A DNA stretch of 64,000 bases from Dimorphilus gyrociliatus. Lineage: Eukaryota > Animalia > Annelida. Positions 51,101 to 64,000 of the stretch are shown piece after piece. The stretch's first letter is position 1; the number at the start of each line of letters is the position of its first letter. The stretch spans positions 2,466,504 through 2,530,503 of the forward strand of contig CAJFCJ010000003.1 in the NCBI GenBank assembly GCA_904063045.1, read 5' to 3'. Made by a program: the position numbers and the translations under genes. The notes under the pieces were generated by a model. That model was not told where the DNA came from, ran no database searches, and saw only the letters and a list, made by a program, of their open reading frames with translations.

Positions 51101-54100
51101 TTTAGAAACGGCGTTACTGGCGTTACTTTTCGCCCATCTAAAATACGTTAGGCGTCGCCGTAGAAACGCTACTCGCTAATAACGCCATTAAGAGTAAGAT
51201 TGTAAAAGAATATCGACATTGTAAACAAAGAGACGACTTCGAAACGAAGTCTAATAGAGTCTCAAGAGACGACAGTAGGCAAGTTCGGCTTGAAAACGCC
51301 TTAAGTGACTAATACAAAACAATTAAAAGCGTCTCTCCACTTCCGTTCTATAAAAAATCAATCCGTTTGATCGCGGCGTCACCTCCATTTGCTTGTTTAG
51401 TCCATTACGAAACGTATTTGTCATTCTCATTTATGATTTACCAGTAGAAGTCTAACATATTTTCCAGTTTTCCTAGGCCTAGACGAAAGGAAGGAGTCTG
51501 CGAAATGAAGAGAAAGTCAGGCGTCTAATCGGCTTTCCGCTAATACCGAACACATTGAAACGACGTTACCCGTCGCTTTTTCAGAAGCGATTACGTAATT
51601 TACGTGTAGACTGTATAAAACAAAGAGATTCTTTTCCCAAGACAGTGGACTTTTTGACTAAAGACTAATCTTATAAACGGGCCTCTCCCTGTCGGTGAAG
51701 TGTCGATCGGAGAGTAGGCCTTAAAATTCTTGCTGATTTATTGTCTCCCCTACGATATAGGATCAGTGAAATTTTCATGAAAAAAACCTGGTTTCACCAT
51801 GAGACGAGTCAATACTTTAAGAGCTAAAGACAGTCGCAAAAGTCCGTTTGGGTAGATGAGGGACCTCTCTCCCCGGATAACGAAAATGGAGAGGAACGCA
51901 AAGAAAGGCGCTGTAACGAAAAACCGTCTTGATTAGACTTTCTCCTTAATCCCTACTTTTCAAAAGTACGCGAACTTTGCAGCAGAGAGGATTTCTTATT
52001 ATTTAACATTTATAGAAAAATAAACTACTAACGATAAAGACATTTGTAAACTAGATCCTAAACATTATAAAGCATTTTCATATTATTCAAAATTATTCAA
52101 ATTACATCATTTAACTGAACGTAATGAAAATATCTTGTTAATTCTCTTTTATTTGTATAAGTAATTTTTTTAATCTTGAAGACTTTACGCTATCAATAGC
52201 TCTAAGCATAGAATATTCATCTCCGTTCAGGAATAGTACGTACAGTAAACAATGCCTCTATGTAAAGAAGGTTTTACATTTTCTCTTTTACATTCACTTT
52301 TTTTTATCCGTCTTGTTCTCGAAATGAACCTTATTTTTTCTTAAGAACCTTTGATTACCTTTGTTTAGATTATAAATTAGAACGTTATTATTATTATCAT
52401 TTAATTTATGAATAAATATAAATAACTCATAACAAATGCTTTTTTTCTAAATTATTTTCCCTTAGTAATTTATCAGTCAAAGATGTGCCAAAATGTATTA
52501 CTTTAGTAAAAAACGTATGTTTATACGTAAATGATGAGGTAATTTAGTTTCTAATCAACTATTTAGCTATTAACTTCTAAGCAACTCGTCGTTCATTAAT
52601 TGTTTTTTAATCAATAAAAAATAAATATAAGAATTCGAAAAATAGAATTATAAGGGAAAAAATCCGAGGAAGCTAGAGAGAAAGGAAGGAAGAAAGACAG
52701 AGAGAGAGAGAAAAGGAAAAAACATAATTTCTGACACAATTTTTCTTTCTATTCTAGTCTTAACATTTATTTGTTGCAAATTTTACACTAACACATCATC
52801 TTCAAAGACTTCAAAAGCTATCATATTGCTATTATTAAGCATTCTGACCATTGCAATAATTTTTTAATCTTTCTCTTCCCTTTCTCGCTTTCTATTATTC
52901 ATTTAATTTTTTCTAGGTTATCTTATTGTCTATTATTATATTTTTCTTAACAGTTTCCATATTCTCTTTTGTCTTAGTGCTAATTTATGAATGAACAGAA
53001 TTAGATAGTTTGATAAAGAAACAAACTACTATTCTTCCATTAAAGCTATCATGATTTATATATACTTAGTTAAAATTTTACCTAGTTAAACTTTCGTCTT
53101 GCTCTCATCGCTAGAGATCCGTTGATTAGAAAATAAATGAAGGGTTTCACGCTGGAAAATTCTCCTTAAGAGGGGTTGGGGGAGCAAAAAAACGAAATGG
53201 GATAATTATGCGCTAAGAGAGGCGTTGAAGACAGCCTCGTCCGTTGAAATTCTCACGGGGAAGCTCTTCTTTCTGATACGTTATCTTTCTTTTGACCAGG
53301 TTTTCTCACCCTCTAAAAACTTTCACTTAAGAGAAAACTGTAAATTAGAAAATCGAAAGAAAAAAAAACATAATCTAAATATAGATTTTCTTCCTTAGAA
53401 AAGAAAAACCTTATCGTTGATAATTTTTTTCAAATAAGATTCTAATTAAGTTTCTTCTATTAAGTTAATATTCTTGTTGAACTTTCCTTGTCTATTCTAA
53501 ATCATAAATTACTTTATTATAAACATAAAAAGGAGAAGAAGAAGAAGAAGAGGATAAAACAAAGAAGAAACAAACAAATAATATTATAATCAGCATACAC
53601 TTTGTATGTTAAAACAAATAATTTATAATTATTATCGCAAAGTAATTAATTCTTTAATTAATATATATAGTTAGTTTAATAATAAACAACTATATATATA
53701 TATATATATAAATATAGGCCAAACTTTTTACTTCAGTAACTCAATAATGATTTTATTAAATCCAAGAATATTAGCCTTTTCCCTTCTATTTTAGTAAAAA
53801 ATTATTGATATTTTGTATCAATTATAAAAAACCATATGCTTGTAGATATACATTGTATATATACAATATATTGGAGTCAATTGAGGAAACTAGCTTTAGT
53901 AGATTAATTGGATTGAAAAAAGAAGAGTGAAATTGATGCGTGACTGGTAAATAATTACTTTTTTTTGTCATTTTGAGCTGTTATTTTTTTATTGAATTAC
54001 ATTTAGTTTTCTATTGGATTTTTTTCCATATATGAGCAGCCTTCCGTTTCCGATACGTTCGATTGCAGTAGATAGTCTCAGTGTAGATTTTACTATTTGT

Positions 54101-55169
54101 TTCTCTGAATAAATTATGAAGTATCCTCTTCCCGGAACTTTCATATTCTTTGTCATTTCTATCTCTCGTGTGTACCTTTAAACTAAATTTAAAATTATTA
54201 CAGTTAAATAGTTTTTATTACAAAAAAGTCCAATACATTATCTTTATACATTAAAATAGAATTTTCATATTTTTTCAGAGAGAAGACATTTCAATAAAGA
54301 ATATGAATATTCGGTGCAGAATACCTCTACATATACATGAAAAATATTAAGAAAGGTAATGATTTATCTGCTGGAAAAGAAAACATTTATATTGGCGAAA
54401 ATTATTAAGAATTCATAAACTCAGCTAATTATTAGTTCGCTATAGGCGTATTGCAGATTTTTTCTTCTTCTTCTTCACTTCTTTTTTTATACTTTCTGTA
54501 CACATACGACGCTAATGAATTTATTGTTTGGATATGTTGAAACTGTCGTCAAAATGTTACTTTAGTCATTATCTTGAAGAACGTTAATGTTACTATTATC
54601 ACCTGCCATTCATTTTCAACTAGTTTAGTCTTTGGTTAACGATTGTCCTTAAATAGATAATTTAAAAATTTTTCACATTACTTATATAAATTTCATTAAA
54701 TACGGTTCACTGCAAGTACTATATTTAACATTAAAGCTATTATCTTCTATAAGAAAAAGTTCTCTTTAACTACACTACTATTATAAAAATATATATTTTC
54801 GATTTGTTTTTGATTATTTTTATAACTTTATACTATATATATCATAAAGTAATCTAATATAATATGTAATAGCTGAAACGTAAATTATTTAATAAACCGA
54901 AAATAATATTTTATGCTTTGTATAGCCCAAGTTTAATATATTTACCTAAAAACCTAATGTCAGTTTTTTTGGGAAGGGGTTTTTCGGAAATTACCCCTAT
55001 AAACATCGATTTCTTAATATTGTCCTAAATTTTAGACATAAGGAGTTAGAAGAAATCAAGCACTTTCTCTCTCTCTCTCTCTCTCTCTGATGTATATAAA
55101 ATATTAGAATGCACTATATTAAATACTACACCATACATTGGAAAAACAAAATAGAATATATTACACTGA

Positions 55170-55177
55170 AGATGGCG
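55170..55177 (+). promoter_or_regulatory. CTCF/YY1-like core AAGATGGCGCC
   Basis: Lies between the divergently transcribed LRR-Ig and RGS genes. Confidence 0.5.
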
Positions 55178-55654
55178 CCAATGAGGGTTAAATAATATTT
55201 ATCCGTCAATTTTTCGAATGAGTGAATGAAAGCGATAAAAGGTCGTTAATTGAACAAAAAACAACGTAAACATGTTTACAAAAATAAGTACGAAAATAAA
55301 ACATAAAGAAATGACAGATAGGGTGAAAAAAAGTATACAATACAATAATTAACTTAGAAATACATCAGAGTTAAATGATTGTTTTAACAACACTTAATAT
55401 AAAAAGAATAATAATCAAGCTTGCTTCTATCAACATTCACTTCTTTAGTTTTCCATCAACCAAACAAAGTAAGTAAATTAGTTAATTCTTAAAAAGATCT
55501 TTAAAGTGAGATGAAAGCTTGATTTTTTTTTCAAACATTTTGTTTTACAAGACTAAAACCTTTAAAGGGTGAAAGTTTCTTTAACGTCTCTTTTTTTACC
55601 CCCCCTACCCTATTTCCCCTCCCCCCTTACCTACGACTATCTTTACCACTTATC

Positions 55655-55662
55655 TGACGTCA
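55655..55662. promoter_or_regulatory. CRE (TGACGTCA) upstream of RGS first exon A
   Basis: Exact CRE palindrome about 460 bp upstream of the ATG at 56115. Confidence 0.4.
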
Positions 55663-56114
55663 TTCGAATAAGAAACTTCTACTAAAAACTTTCTCACCGG
55701 CGGCCAGATTTTTCTCCATAATTTATTTATTTGAATTTTATTTGTTTATACAAACTTTTTGTGGCTAATAGTTTTTTTGTTGAAAGGATAAGAGAATAAG
55801 TATTTTTTCTTCTTTTTTGTTAATTTACCATTCGATCTCATTATTTCTCTATATTGAATAACAACCTCTGAAAGAACACGTATTGGATATCAAAAAAGAA
55901 AAAACGAAGAAGAAAAGGGCCTATAAGGGCCTATCAATTATTCCCCTAGCAGTTGTTTCCAAAGCTCTGATAGAGAATATATTTAGTTGTGTTTTTTTTG
56001 TACTATTTCATTCTTACTCTCACTCTACCCGTCTCTCTCTCTCTCTTTCTCTCTCACTTCCTCTTTGTCAAGTTTTATCTCAACAATTCAAAAATATATT
56101 TTGTGATTAGAAGA

Positions 56115-59100
56115 ATGGATGATTTACATCCAAAATTGAAATTTAGGACTACACCTGACTCTTCGTCTCCTGTCTCTTTATTAACAACGAAGAATAGACG
56201 AAGCTTGGATAACCTTCTCACTAACCTTTTAACTCCGAAAAGGGTGAAGAAAGTTCGTGATAATAAACCGAAAGTTTTACACTTTGAAACGGTAAATGGA
56301 TACACAAAGAATTTTAAGCTGAAATTTATAAAATATTTGTTTCTCGCCCCCTTCAAGCCTGAAAGACCGCTACGAAGAGGAAGATCATTAAGATTAAAAT
56401 TCAGACGAAATACCGTTCTTCATTTTAACGAGGTATGTTATTTCATCATTTATCTTGTCGTCCAAAAAGGAGAAATGTTTGTTACGTAATGATTGGTACT
56501 ATTATCCATTCCTTTCGTTTTTTTTCTAATCTATAATGAAAGTAAAAATCATCGGAAATATTACGTAATTAACGATGGGAATAAACGACAATGACTATTT
56601 TATATCCTTTTAGTATTTCACTGTTTTATATATGAATGTGATTATTCCTTTAAACAAACAAAAAAGCAACAAAACAACATAAATGTCCTATTTTCCTTCT
56701 CAATCGGGAGAGAAAGAAAAACAAAAAAAGCATACTAAAAAGTAAGAGGTGTAAATAAATTTGGTTCAAGAATAGATAATAATTATTATACTAAAAAATA
56801 ACTATAATAAAAAAGAGTAAAAGACGCATTGAAAGTAATAAATAATAAACTGGAAGGCCTATCTCTTTTTATTTCTTTAATAATAGAAACTAAATTGAGC
56901 AGGATAAAATCATTGTTATATTTAAAAAACGATTATATAAACATAAATCGTCCTCCTATAAATAGGACAGGAAAAAGTTAAACGACCTCTTCTTTTCCTT
57001 TGTTCATTTAAAAAATTTTACTCTTATACTTTGATGTAGGCTTATCCTTAAATTTCATACATTGTTTTATTTATGTTATCAGGTACTGTAATACTTTTGA
57101 AGTTTTTTTTCCTACATATATATATATATATACTATATATACTAAATTTATCTGGAACAATTTTCTCTCTTTCTCTCTCTCGGCTACTTATGTATCTTGC
57201 TTTTTATCTTCCTACTTTTCATTTCTTCTCTTACAACTTTAAAAAAGTCGTTTAATTAATGAGCATGGTGCAAAAGTCACTAAAAATAGAAAAAAAAACA
57301 CTAGACAACGTCTAACGCCTTAGGTGTGACCTCGCTAAAACTAATTAGATGGCTATTTTCCTTTAATCATTAGTCTGTTTTCATATTTAACTTTCTCTTC
57401 TTCGTATTTTGTACCTACTAAAATGTTTCAATCATTACTTATAAGGAAATCAATAATGAATCTCTGTTTAGGCTCCATCAAATAAATGTTATCTACTAAA
57501 CGGTCTTAATAGTTTAATAAAAAAACGATTCTTTAAAAGGAAAAAAAAAGAAACCAACATTATAAATCAGCACTAGATGGCGTGACGATTTATTTTATTT
57601 TAACTTCAAAATTACATATCTATTGTTTACTTAGTCTATTCATATATTATTTAAACGACTTCCTGACCTAAAAACGTTTAGTACGAATTCAAAGGTGATT
57701 CTAAATTATTTTAAACAATTTAGTTTTTTGTGTGTGTTTAACGGGAATGGGAAAACGTAAAAATAAGATAAAAAGAAAGAGATGAAAAGTTGAAAGCATT
57801 ACGTTAATGAAAGAGATAAATCAGCTATTCTATAAATGTTACTTAATAAAGTAAAATTAAAAATAAAGACCATTTCAACATTATGTATTTCTGTTTATAT
57901 GCTAGAGGTGATTTCAATACGAGCGTCATAGTAGACAGATGTTATATGGCACGTGACCAAATTGTGGTATGCTCTACCGTTAAGATTTAAATTCCTATGC
58001 ACGTCTCCTATCGTTCTGCTAGCAAAGGATAGAATCATTAAATACGGATATTAACCCACTAACTTGAAATATAAATCAGCTACAGGCTTAGCTTATTTAA
58101 TAAAGAGAAAAAAGAAAGATAAACTTAATCCTCTATTCTCCATAATATCGAAGATAAGGGAGTAAAGGGCAGGTGTTCTGGAGAATTGAACACGCACCTG
58201 TATTTAAAAGGACTGAACAGGTGCTTGGCATCTTTCAGTTAGAAAACTAGTCAGTCTCCGTTCAAATTTCAAAGTTGGATATTCTGCTTACTTTCTCTTG
58301 ACTATATTTGTATTTTAAGTTGATTAATTAGAAAAAAAACGGATAGCCTGGCTTTAATACCCCAGCTGATTACTTCGTTATGCCTCTTATCGCCTCTACC
58401 AATAAACGTTGACTTGCTGGCTGAAAGATTGTTAAAAATGAGCGTTGTAGATTGGTTTAGTTTAACCATAAGGAGACCAAAGCATAAACAAGAATGGCTG
58501 ACTGATTTACACCGTTTACCAAATTTTATATCGCATAAAGATGACTTTTCAAAATCATTAAAGATAGATCGATTAAAACACAAATCACAAAAAGTAAGTT
58601 GTCAATTGTTTACTATGTTTTTATTTATAATTTATTAAGTAACATTCATCATTTAAGCATATGTTTTAAATAAAAAACTAGGTCAATGAATTAAGGCTAT
58701 CAATCTTTGAAAAAAAAGTTTTAGTTTTGCAGTATCGATTAAATACTATCATAAAATCTATATTAATATTCTCGTATTCATTTTGAACCAAATAAACTGT
58801 TGGAAATAAAACGTGTTTCAACACTGTTTATTTATTATACACAGTATATACAACATGCATATATGTGTGTATATATACATATCGTTTTTATGAAATCAGT
58901 TATTGGTTTGACGTACTTCTAAACCGGAAACTTTAACATAAACAACGAATAATTAAGCTGACTATCATCTGTTTTGATTATTTCACTGATTGTTGATTTA
59001 TTTAATTATACCTATTTCACTAACTACAAATATTTAATATATTAAAAAGTCCACATTTTTTATCTTATATGTTTTCCACTGCTTTCTTTTTCTCCCCCCC

Positions 59101-62100
59101 CCACCCCCCGCCTCCTCCAACCTAAAGCCTTTCATTAATATTCATTAATTTAGCGAATGAAAATAACAGACAATCGACTATTTTAATTGGTTAGAACCGA
59201 TTTTTCGTAATTACTTTTAATTGTAGAAAATATATGACTAATTCAATAAGATCATTTGCGAAACAAGTCCTAAATACAAACTTGTATGACATTTATTTAT
59301 TCTCTTGGCAATAGGCCTATAGAGAAATTGTAATCTACCTCCCATAAAAGAATTTTCTCTATCTTTCTATTTATAGTAATATTGGATTAAAAATTAACAA
59401 TTAGACCTATAAATAATGCGTTTTTGTAAATACGTTAATTAATCAGTTGGTTCAATTTTGGCCGTTTTGAGATATTTACAGCGCTGTTGTATGAGAAATG
59501 ATACAGACAGTAAGCAGATAAAAGGAAAGAGATAGTAGAACAGAGTAATAGAAGAGAGAGAGAGAGAGATGGAAAAGAAAGGTGAAATTTTTTTACTGCA
59601 GTAGGCGATCGACAGTATTTATTCTATTTCTATATCGCTGTCGATTATTCTATTTTATACGCTTGCATAAACCGTTCTAGGCTATTTTTTCCGTACGTTT
59701 TATAGTCTACTACCAGTTTCTCTTCCATCTCTCCTCAATGAAATTTGTTCTTGGATATTCACAAAAATTACAGTTGAATACTAGAATTTATCAGAAATAA
59801 TTTTATTTATTAATTTGGTAAGCAGCACCGTGTTTGGCCACTGTTGTAGGCCTAAAATGAGATAAGACAATGTTATAGCAATTGGTCTAGAGATAGAAGG
59901 TATAAAAATCGTCCATAATATGACAAGCGGTTGGATAAACGAATTGAAAAAATCGAATAGCCTAGCCTGCCTAATGGTTGTAAGTTACTTAACTTTCCTT
60001 TGTATATATATGATTATTTACTAGGTTATTAATTAATTTGATGGCCTGCGTTGTTCCATTGTCAAATAACGTTTAACCTTGGCAGAATACATTACATATA
60101 TACATATATGAATTATATTTAAATATGTATATTGTATTATATGTACAGCATCATTAAGAGTTATTTATATGTACTGGGTAAGGTATTCTTACGTTTATCA
60201 TATACGATATCAAGTATCAATTCTGTTGTGATAATTACGAATTTGAAGAAATATCTTGTTTACGTGTTTTGAGAAACAAATGATTATCAATTTTCTCTCT
60301 GACAAATTATTCATTTTCAGTCTGTGCTAACCCCCGAAGAAGAGGTAAAAACTGTCAGGCTGGCGCATACTCAGAATCAGGCTGATAATAGGGGTAAGCT
60401 AAGAAGTCCGCTTCATCGTAAACCGAGTATTGGAAGGATTGCTGGATGGGCTGTTAGTTTTGATAGACTGTTAGAGGATGTAGAAGGATTGAATACTTTT
60501 ACGGTAAGCCTTTTATTGTTTAGTGCGTAATAATTACATTCCATTGTTTCTTTTCAGAAATTCCTTGAGAAGGAATATAGTGATGAGAATATTATCTTTT
60601 GGAAAAGATGCCAGGAATATAATCAATTGTCTGATCCTAATCAGGTTTGTTTTTTGTTTTTCACAAATTGAAAATAATCTTAAACGGCTTCATATTGCAG
60701 AGAAAACTACTAGCAGAAGAAATATTCGATAACCATTTAGCTTCGGGCGCTTCCCTTATGGTTAATATTGATTGCGTGGCCAAGAAGATTACAGAGGATG
60801 GTATGAAAGGAGAAGAATTGTCTCCCAACCTATTCCGTTCAGCCCAAAAGCAAATTTACTGCCTAATGAAGCAAGATAGTTATCCAAGATTCCTAAAATC
60901 AGAAATGTATAGAAAAAGCGTTGTAAAAGATATGGAAGATAGGAAACTTGAGAAAAAAGATTTAGAAACACTAAAAAATAGGGGAGAATCTCCAGCAAGT
61001 CGAAAAAGAACATTATTGCCATGGACTAAAAGTAAATGATATAGTTTTAATTCATTTAAAATAGTATAATGGCTATTTTTATAAAAACTAAATTTAATTA
61101 TTCTATTTTATTGTATTTTTTTTACTTTTGTTTTGTTTATTTTTATTTATTTATTCAATTTTTTATCTTTTCTTCTCTATTTATATTTAGCTAGAAGATC
61201 AGAATTCAAATTGGATAAAATAGAAATATCCGATCCTAGGAATCCTAAACCTTTAAGTGTTCCTACAACACCTGTAGATGGTCCTGGAATGGCTCTTGAT
61301 AATTTAGAAAAGAATTATTTTAGGCTTAGAATTGGCCAGCAGACCACCGTTCGGGAAACAGATAAAGACGTCAGTTTGTACAAGGTCGTCTGCAATTATT
61401 GCCAAAGGCAAGGATCTGATCATCAGATGTCGGCGTTCGAAGCTTTCGAAGTTGGAGTCGATGTGGTAAGTTGCAACACCCCCTAGCGGTGTATATCATT
61501 CTAGACAAATTTTAGTGTTACTCCTCCTACTTTTGTCTATATCTCATTAAAATCGATAATCATTTTTTTAAGTACTTTTTAATATTAACTTGAAAAGAAA
61601 TAAAAATTATATATAAAATGATTATATACTAAACATATTGTATCTAATATTTTAGAACATTTAATACCTTACTATGGCCATTGCTAATGCACATATATTA
61701 TTTTCTACTTAAAAGAATATTTATGTTTTTCTCTCTTTGTCCTCTTTTTTTTAGCCCTTAAATCCAAACGATCCATGTCGGAATTTTACATCAAAAGAGA
61801 TTAAAATAGAAGAAAGAGTTACATTTTCTATTTATCTCATGGATGGTAGAGCCTATGGTGTTAGGGGTAAAATGGAGAAATCAATCCGGGATTTTCTTAA
61901 GCCTATCTTACCTAAATTTAAACTAAAACTTACGGACTTGTTAATTCATACAATCAATGCAACGCCCCATCAACTAATCGATCATGATAAACCTTTATCG
62001 GTTTTAAATCGTAAAAAGGTTCTGCTAAGGACTACCCAAGAGTTTTCTGGTTTGTATTTATTAAACTTAAGAAACGTAATTTCATAGGCCTAACAAAAAC

Positions 62101-62945
62101 TACTCTTATTCATCCTAGATTTTAAAATACCTACTTGTCATGATATGGAAGTGGAAATAGTTTTAAAAGAATTAAGAAGTGGAGAACTAGATAAGGCGCC
62201 AGAGTTTGATGAATTTGGTGTCCTCATTCTAAGAGAAACAACGGTATTTTACATATTTTATTAGCAAACATATGTAGCATATAGTATATACAGTATAAGC
62301 GCTCTACTATGTAATATTTATATAAAAAACAACCGAAATATTATTAATTGGCTATAAAATTTTTTAGTAAATATCTATTAAGTATAATTGTATGATTGGT
62401 TCTTTTAGGTCAAACCCAGCCTTTGTATTCTTATTTTCTCCTTTATTTATTAACAGATTATCAGACGAATATCTAGTAAGAAACATCCAGAACGGCGGAA
62501 TTCTATAGGTGGTTCTAATGTTGATGGAGAGAAGAATAGTTTCAACAAATTCTCAAGTTCTGTTCGGAATGTTTTTACTTCGAAGAGTAGAAAATCTTCC
62601 AAACCACCTGTAGCGCCCCCTAAAAAAATAACGGCGGACTGTTCGTTTTTCGAAACTCTAACTACTGCCCAAAGTAATACGTACGATGATCAGAGAGGGC
62701 CAATAAAATGCGATACTATGACCATACCAGATTTCTTGTTACATTCTACACCTTTAAAGAAAACCGGGTCCGAAACTTTCTTAGCAGATACTACGAATGA
62801 ATTTTCCACACCAATAACTGATGGGTTACCTAAATTCAGTTGCGATTCTGGAATCTCTTTCGATATTCGCAGCTTTTCCAGATCGATTTCCGGTAATACG
62901 GGAGCATTGACTCTTGAGGATTTGGATAACACGTTAAAAGATTAA
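56115..62945 (+). CDS. RGS12/RGS14 (loco)-type regulator of G-protein signalling: RGS domain, tandem RBDs, GoLoco motif
   Basis: GRIAGWAVSFDRLLED...KFLEKEYSDENIIFW...MKQDSYPRFLKSEMY (RGS), two RBD-like segments, and FFETLTTAQSNTYDDQRG (GoLoco DQR triad). Exons join in frame from 60321 onward. No PDZ/PTB exons were seen. Confidence 0.88.
57571..57582 (+). promoter_or_regulatory. CTCF consensus-like CACTAGATGGCG
   Basis: Best match in the window to the CCACTAGATGGCGC-type motif; lies between the two candidate RGS first exons. Confidence 0.6.
58170..58223. promoter_or_regulatory. Three CAGGTG/CACCTG E-boxes flanking a TATA-like TATTTAAA (internal RGS promoter)
   Basis: CAGGTG at 58170, CACCTG at 58195, TATTTAAA at 58201, CAGGTG at 58218; about 215 bp upstream of the ATG at 58438. 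Confidence 0.5.
58438..58593 (+). CDS. Candidate alternative first coding exon (B) of the RGS gene
   Basis: aaaATG AGC GTT...CAA AAA|GTAAGT gives 52 codons, phase 0, joining the common exon at 60321 in frame. Confidence 0.6.
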
Positions 62946-63496
62946 AAAAAATGACTTTTCTCATGCAATTTGTTCTTTTCTTTCCTTCTTATGTGCTTTA
63001 ATCTTATATTGTAATAAGCATAAATTTGTGAATATTCTATGTAATATCTTTTTCAAATGCTTCTTCAATATGTAGATATCACTACTAAGAAAAAAAAAGA
63101 TACGATTTAAATTAAGAATTTCAATTGTGCAATATATTCCTTTCTATTAAAGACTATTAAAAGAAAAGACCTTATTACTATTGTTGAACAAAAATAGTAA
63201 ACCTATACAATAATTAAGTACCTAACGTATATTGTACTTGATACTTGATTATTAATTGTATTAATATACGTATACTGCAGATATTTTCTTATGTATACAG
63301 TAATTCATTTCTTTACAAAGAAATAACGTTTTTGTTTCATGAAAGAGCCATTTTTAGGATTTATGAATGATACTAAAAATAAAATCTGTCTTCCCAGTGC
63401 CGTATTAATATTTTTTTCTCTTTTTAATCTAATTAGAATAAAGTTCTTTAAATAATAAGATATTTTTAAGAATTGTCTTTCCATTTTACGACCTTT

Positions 63497-63532
<36 letters not shown>

Positions 63533-63755
63533 TTTCTCTCTCTTTCTTTCTCTCCTGGTTCCTACACGAAATTTTCTTATTAGCATATCATAAAAAAAAC
63601 AATTTGTCTAATTCTCCTTTGTCATATCGTTATAATTACGTAATTGCGTCTTTTTTTTGCTTATTTGATTTATTTTTCGCAATAAATTTCATTATCGGTT
63701 GTATAAATAAGGTTTTCTTTGTCGAAGTTTGTTTCTTTCGTTTATTGTCAGGTGT

Positions 63756-63763
63756 CGCCATCT
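63756..63763 (-). promoter_or_regulatory. CTCF-like core upstream of the next gene
   Basis: GTCGCCATCTATAG, 150 bp before the ATG at 63906. Confidence 0.5.
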
Positions 63764-63905
63764 ATAGTAGATCTTGTAACTTAATAATTAATATATTTGT
63801 AAAGCATTTTATAAACAGCGATATTTATGTAAATATATTCAAAAAATATATTTAAATGAAATTATAAATATTTATTATCGATTGAATGACAAAAATTAAG
63901 CTTTT

Positions 63906-64000
63906 ATGGATTATGTTTATGATACATCTGGTGATGATTTTAACATTAAATCGTCAAATACCTCCCTTTCTCACGAAGAATTAGCTCGGCCTATATTCTT
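63906..64000 (+). CDS. 5' end of a further gene, truncated by the window edge
   Basis: MDYVYDTSGDDFNIKSSNTSLSHEELARPIF is open to the edge; too short to identify. Confidence 0.4.
   Translation, partial: MDYVYDTSGDDFNIKSSNTSLSHEELARPIF

Noticed and set aside
50200-52050. GC/CpG-rich stretch that seemed to contain a gene read in reversed or complement-only direction
   Set aside because: Those readings gave no sustained ORF. The apparent signal is explained by a normal minus-strand donor (GAC|GTAAGT at 50934) and a CpG-rich 5'/promoter region of the LRR-Ig gene.
1-64000. CRISPR arrays, rRNA, intact transposase or reverse transcriptase ORFs, and non-canonical (GC-AG, AT-AC) introns
   Set aside because: None seen; every intron I could resolve is GT-AG, and no spaced repeat array or transposon protein motif was found.

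Overview
Eukaryotic, very AT-rich (roughly 28-30% GC by eye), gene-dense animal DNA with many 50-90 nt GT-AG introns. It looks like a compact invertebrate genome; a spiralian such as the miniature annelid Dimorphilus would fit, but that is inference only. Genes spliced by hand, in order: centlein (+), TEX49/SPMIP11-like (+), UCP2/3-like mitochondrial carrier (+), three paralogous class A orphan GPCRs (+,-,+) with an intact PGAM5-like phosphatase (-) among them and a fourth GPCR remnant, a Cys-loop nAChR alpha-type subunit (-) spread over at least 10 kb, Flattop/CFAP126 (+), an unidentified coiled-coil protein (+), a Kekkon-like LRR-Ig receptor (-), an RGS12/14 (loco)-type RGS-RBD-RBD-GoLoco gene (+) with two candidate first exons, and the start of another ORF at the right edge. 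The strongest observations are four. The nAChR subunit keeps its vicinal cysteines but has lost three of five aromatic-box residues. A ~35 bp element is shared by the nAChR and Kekkon-like loci at nearly the same distance (65 vs 66 nt) from a splice donor. CTCF-like AGATGGCG motifs recur at promoters and gene boundaries. The GPCR cluster has degenerate activation motifs, and one member's putative first exon lies in the PGAM5 3' end. No tRNA, rRNA, CRISPR array or intact transposon could be supported.
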